64,000 bases of DNA, taken from positions 32,001 to 96,000 of the IMG/VR virus record IMGVR_UViG_3300032038_000001; one strand, given 5' to 3'. Positions 60,584-64,000 of the stretch are shown here, in pieces. The stretch is from a virus. Its lineage: Duplodnaviria; Caudoviricetes. Position 1 is the first letter of the stretch, and the number at the start of each line of letters is the position of its first letter. A model generated the notes under the pieces. It had not been told where the DNA came from. It did not search any database and saw only the letters and a list, made by a program, of their open reading frames with translations. The translations under genes were made by a program, and so were the position numbers.

Positions 60584-62386
60584 ATGGAGATTAATGTGAA
60601 AAAGTCACTTAAACACTATGTATCACATTTTGAAGACGAATTGAATCTCCCACTACTTAATAAATCTAATGACAGACCCCTTGTAGATTATATTATTGAT
60701 GCATGGAAATCTCTGGAGGTTGTCGATTCTATTAAGTGTGTTGATTTTATATACACCGACAAAGAATCTGATATAGATATTAATAAGCATATCTATAAAA
60801 GAGATAAAACAAAGAAGAAGAAAGATCGATATGACTACAAGTTCATTAGCGATAATCGTTGTGGTAAACTTACAGTTAAATTAGAGATTTCTATACCAGA
60901 AGTAAATCCTGATACTGGTGAAAAATATATTCATACTCATAAGATGACCAAGTCAATGCTTATTCCTCTGCAGGATGAAGATGGATATTATTTTATTAAG
61001 GGTAAGAAATACTATATAATTTATCAGATGCTCGAGAAGTCAACATATACTTCAGCATCTACACTTACTCTTAAAAGCTTAATGCCAGTAGCAGTTAAGC
61101 GTAATGTTATAGAAGTTTCTGAATCCACCAGAAACAATATAACTGATGAGAAGCTTAAACAAAGTGGTTTTAAAGCTACTGATACCGAGGGTAAAACTTA
61201 TATGTTACCTGTATATTATGTTTTCATGTTTAAGAAAGAAGTTCCGATAATTCTTTTCTATCTTTCTCATGGACTTTCATATACGTTAACATTTTTAGAA
61301 GTTCATAATGTTATGAGTTTCATTCCCGAGATTCCTTCAGTACTTGATCCAGATATGATTTATTTTCAGTTGAGCAGTAAATGCTATATTGAAGTAAATC
61401 GCAAGCTTTTCAATAAATATCCGTATATTCAGTCTATCGTTGGTGGTTTTCTCACAGTTTGTACGAACCGAGTAACAATTGACCAACTTGATGACCCAGA
61501 AATATGGATTAGAAAAATATCTAATCCCAATAACTATGAAAAAGGTTTGGGAATATTGAAGTTCTTCAATCGTTTGATTGATGAGACTACAAAATCAACA
61601 GTTCTTATTCATCCATATCATAAAGATAATATCTACACAATGCTTCGTTGGATGATGCAGGAATTTAATGAATTGAGATTAAAAGATAATCTTGATTTAA
61701 AAAATAAGCGATTAAGATGTAATGAATATATCGCATCATTGCTTACTGTTGAATTTAGTAAAAGACTCAACAGGATATTATCAAAAAGGGATAAAGCAAC
61801 TTATGAATCGTATAAAGAATTATTTAAATTCCCTGGTGATATTCTGATACAGAAATGCCATTCATCTGGAATATTAAGATTTGATGACTCTGTAAATGAT
61901 ATGAATTTCTTTTCAAAGACCAAGTACACAACTAAAGGTCCACATTCATTGGGAAATAAAAACTCTAATAATGTCGGTATTAAGTATCGTTCACTTCATC
62001 CATCATTTTTAGGTTATATTGATATTCTTGTATGCGGTAATAGTGACCCTGGAACAAGTGGTGTATTAAGCCCATTCACGGATATGAAAAGTTTATATTT
62101 TGACGATTCAAATGAACCAGACGATTTTGCATATCGTCTAAGTAAAGACCTTGAAGAAATATTTTCAAAGAAAGGAATTGAGTATATTAAATTTGATTTC
62201 GAAAATGAAAAGGATTTTTATGATACTCTCCTTGCTATGAAGAAATATATTTCTGATAATGTATCTGTTTCAGGAACATCAAGAGAAGGACACTATGAAA
62301 TAGTTGTCGATGAAAATATTGATACACTTGATGAAACAGATAACGAGTTCGAATCTAATGAGGAGACTACTCCTTCAGAAGAATAA
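60584..62386 (+). CDS. multisubunit RNA polymerase beta N-terminal subunit
   Basis: IP....GYYFIKGKKY..IYQ, NLDLKNKRLR..E, RSLHPSFLGYID....SDPGTSG. Confidence 0.88.
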   Translation: MEINVKKSLKHYVSHFEDELNLPLLNKSNDRPLVDYIIDAWKSLEVVDSIKCVDFIYTDKESDIDINKHIYKRDKTKKKKDRYDYKFISDNRCGKLTVKLEISIPEVNPDTGEKYIHTHKMTKSMLIPLQDEDGYYFIKGKKYYIIYQMLEKSTYTSASTLTLKSLMPVAVKRNVIEVSESTRNNITDEKLKQSGFKATDTEGKTYMLPVYYVFMFKKEVPIILFYLSHGLSYTLTFLEVHNVMSFIPEIPSVLDPDMIYFQLSSKCYIEVNRKLFNKYPYIQSIVGGFLTVCTNRVTIDQLDDPEIWIRKISNPNNYEKGLGILKFFNRLIDETTKSTVLIHPYHKDNIYTMLRWMMQEFNELRLKDNLDLKNKRLRCNEYIASLLTVEFSKRLNRILSKRDKATYESYKELFKFPGDILIQKCHSSGILRFDDSVNDMNFFSKTKYTTKGPHSLGNKNSNNVGIKYRSLHPSFLGYIDILVCGNSDPGTSGVLSPFTDMKSLYFDDSNEPDDFAYRLSKDLEEIFSKKGIEYIKFDFENEKDFYDTLLAMKKYISDNVSVSGTSREGHYEIVVDENIDTLDETDNEFESNEETTPSEE

Positions 62387-62457
62387 AAAACAGAATGAAG
62401 ACAGGAGGTATGATATCTTCTGTCTTCATTATTATTTAAATAATAAGGAGAATTATA

Positions 62458-62756
62458 ATGATGGATAAAATTTCTACATTGATATATACAGGTATAAGTG
62501 CTAATGATGGTAGTAGTATATATATATGTATTTTCAATACTGTAAAAAATCTGGATCTGGTATTGGATTATTATTTGATTATAATATGAATATAAAAGCT
62601 AGAGTTACTTTTGATGATGTTGAAGATGAAAAAGAATTTGAAAACTTTATTAAATCAAATATGATAACATTATATAACGCTAAGCAAATTTCATTTAATG
62701 ATTTCGTTTTAGCACTTAATGCAGCATCAATGAAAGTCTCACCCATTAAATGTTAG
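62458..62756 (+). pseudogene. hypothetical protein, frameshifted in a (TA)n run near 62520
   Basis: AAGGAG-linked ATG at 62458 is out of frame with 62526-62756; removing one AT unit fuses them. Confidence 0.55.
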
Positions 62757-63020
62757 TAATATTTATATAATATTACTTTATATGTAAAAATGTTTTTATA
62801 TTATGAAAGGACGAATAATGCGTGAAAAAGATATTTGAAATAATAACTAATATATCTGTAATATTAATTATTATACTAGGTTGTATAATAATTGGATTAG
62901 TTATAAAATTTTTAGTAGTTATAGGAGACGTTTTATTATACGGTCTCGCTGGAATATGTTTATTAATTATTATTCTACTATGTATTTCTCGATAAAATAA
63001 TAAAAAAGAGGTGAAAAAAA

Positions 63021-63515
63021 ATGGATGTTGTAATATATTCAGATGGTGCTGCAAGAGGTAATCCGGGACGCGGCGGATATGGAACGATAATACTATATGA
63101 AGATAGTGAAGGTAATAAGTTTCAGAAGGAACTAACTGCTGGTTATATAAAAACCACAAATAACCGAATGGAACTAATTGGTGCCATCAGAGGTCTTCAA
63201 GCATTAAACACACCATGCAAAGTATCGCTTTATTCAGATAGCCAGTACCTATGTAATGCATTCAATAAGGGATGGATATGGAGCTGGCTTAAAAAGAAAT
63301 GGAAGAAAGCTGATGGCCAGTCAGTAAAAAATGTAGACCTTTGGAAAGATCTTTTAAAACTCATAAAAATACATGAGGTTAAATTTATATGGATCAAAGG
63401 TCATGATGGAAATGAATTCAATGAGCGGTGTGATAAGTTAGCTACAGATTCTGCTGATAACAATGCTACTCTTGAAGATAAAAATTATTCGGACGAGGGT
63501 GAGGCGGATGTATAA
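63021..63515 (+). CDS. rnhA: ribonuclease HI
   Basis: SDGAARGNPGRGG, TTNNRMEL, SDSQY, VKNVDLW, WIKGH, NERCDKLA. Confidence 0.95.
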   Translation: MDVVIYSDGAARGNPGRGGYGTIILYEDSEGNKFQKELTAGYIKTTNNRMELIGAIRGLQALNTPCKVSLYSDSQYLCNAFNKGWIWSWLKKKWKKADGQSVKNVDLWKDLLKLIKIHEVKFIWIKGHDGNEFNERCDKLATDSADNNATLEDKNYSDEGEADV

Positions 63516-64000
63516 AGCATCTATGGAACTTGGTAGAATTAATAAAGTTATAAAATTAAAATTTGAACTTATTATTCAGTCCGATGATGAGAAAAAAAAT
63601 TATCAAAAGTTGATCAATAAGTTTAATTTTAATGGTAATAATTATCTTAAATTAAATCCAAGACCATTTGTTGTGGTAGACATATCTTCAAAAATTGATG
63701 AAGCATGGTCGACAAATCAGTCGTTTTCATTAACTAAACCATATATGTTTATGTTTATAAGTGCACTATCATCAATGATTTCTGAGTATAGAACGATAAA
63801 AGATTTATTTTACTATAATACCAATAATGATTTGGTGTATAATAATAGATATACTGAATTGGTAAGTAAAAATATATCTGTTTCATCAGGTAAACATGTG
63901 CGATTAGAACCATGTGTTATTAGAAATGATGAAGTACAAGATAAAGCATATGAAGGTTGTATCATGTATATTAATACAAGAGATAACTTTGCATATATGA
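63508..64000 (+). CDS. hypothetical protein, runs off the window end
   Basis: ATG 63508 overlaps the rnhA end; frame stays open to the window edge. Confidence 0.65.
   Translation, partial: MYKASMELGRINKVIKLKFELIIQSDDEKKNYQKLINKFNFNGNNYLKLNPRPFVVVDISSKIDEAWSTNQSFSLTKPYMFMFISALSSMISEYRTIKDLFYYNTNNDLVYNNRYTELVSKNISVSSGKHVRLEPCVIRNDEVQDKAYEGCIMYINTRDNFAYM

Noticed and set aside
1-64000. CRISPR array or cas genes
   Set aside because: No regularly spaced identical repeats with unique spacers; the HAEG repeats are coding and the 28.6-kb elements vary in their stems
1-64000. Stop-codon reassignment (alternative genetic code)
   Set aside because: Core genes are full length in code 11, TAG and TGA both end genes, and no suppressor tRNA is seen

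Overview
AT-rich 64-kb segment of a jumbo phage of the AR9/PBS1 (phiKZ-related) type. The host is probably an anaerobic Bacillota: strong AGGAGG/GAAAGG RBSs, class III RNR, standard code 11. It encodes three split multisubunit RNA polymerase chains (beta-N, beta-C, beta'-C) and a probable promoter-specificity subunit. Replication and repair genes: split family-B DNA polymerase, primase, NAD ligase, RecA, Dda-like helicase, SbcD, RNase H, probable SSB. Also present: a GroEL-like chaperonin, dUTPase, dCMP deaminase, NrdD/NrdG/NrdH with a ferredoxin-thioredoxin-reductase-like chain, virion proteins and an HAEG-repeat tail fibre. There are four tRNAs and two HNH-carrying group I introns, one in the tRNA-Leu(UAA) anticodon and one in the RNAP beta-C gene; both can be spliced by eye to correct products. 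The least explained part is the non-coding layer: (1) two covarying RNA elements plus a terminator ahead of a TerD/Ro-like gene (28.5-28.75 kb); (2) two promoter- and terminator-bounded structured RNAs of about 350-400 nt near the tRNAs; (3) a covarying leader motif shared by three early genes; (4) a G-run/purine-tract transcript at the strand switch that resembles an R-loop origin; (5) a promoter pattern in which the base before ACA-N6-TA separates replication genes from virion genes. All calls come from motif reading and by-eye base pairing; no database searches were run.
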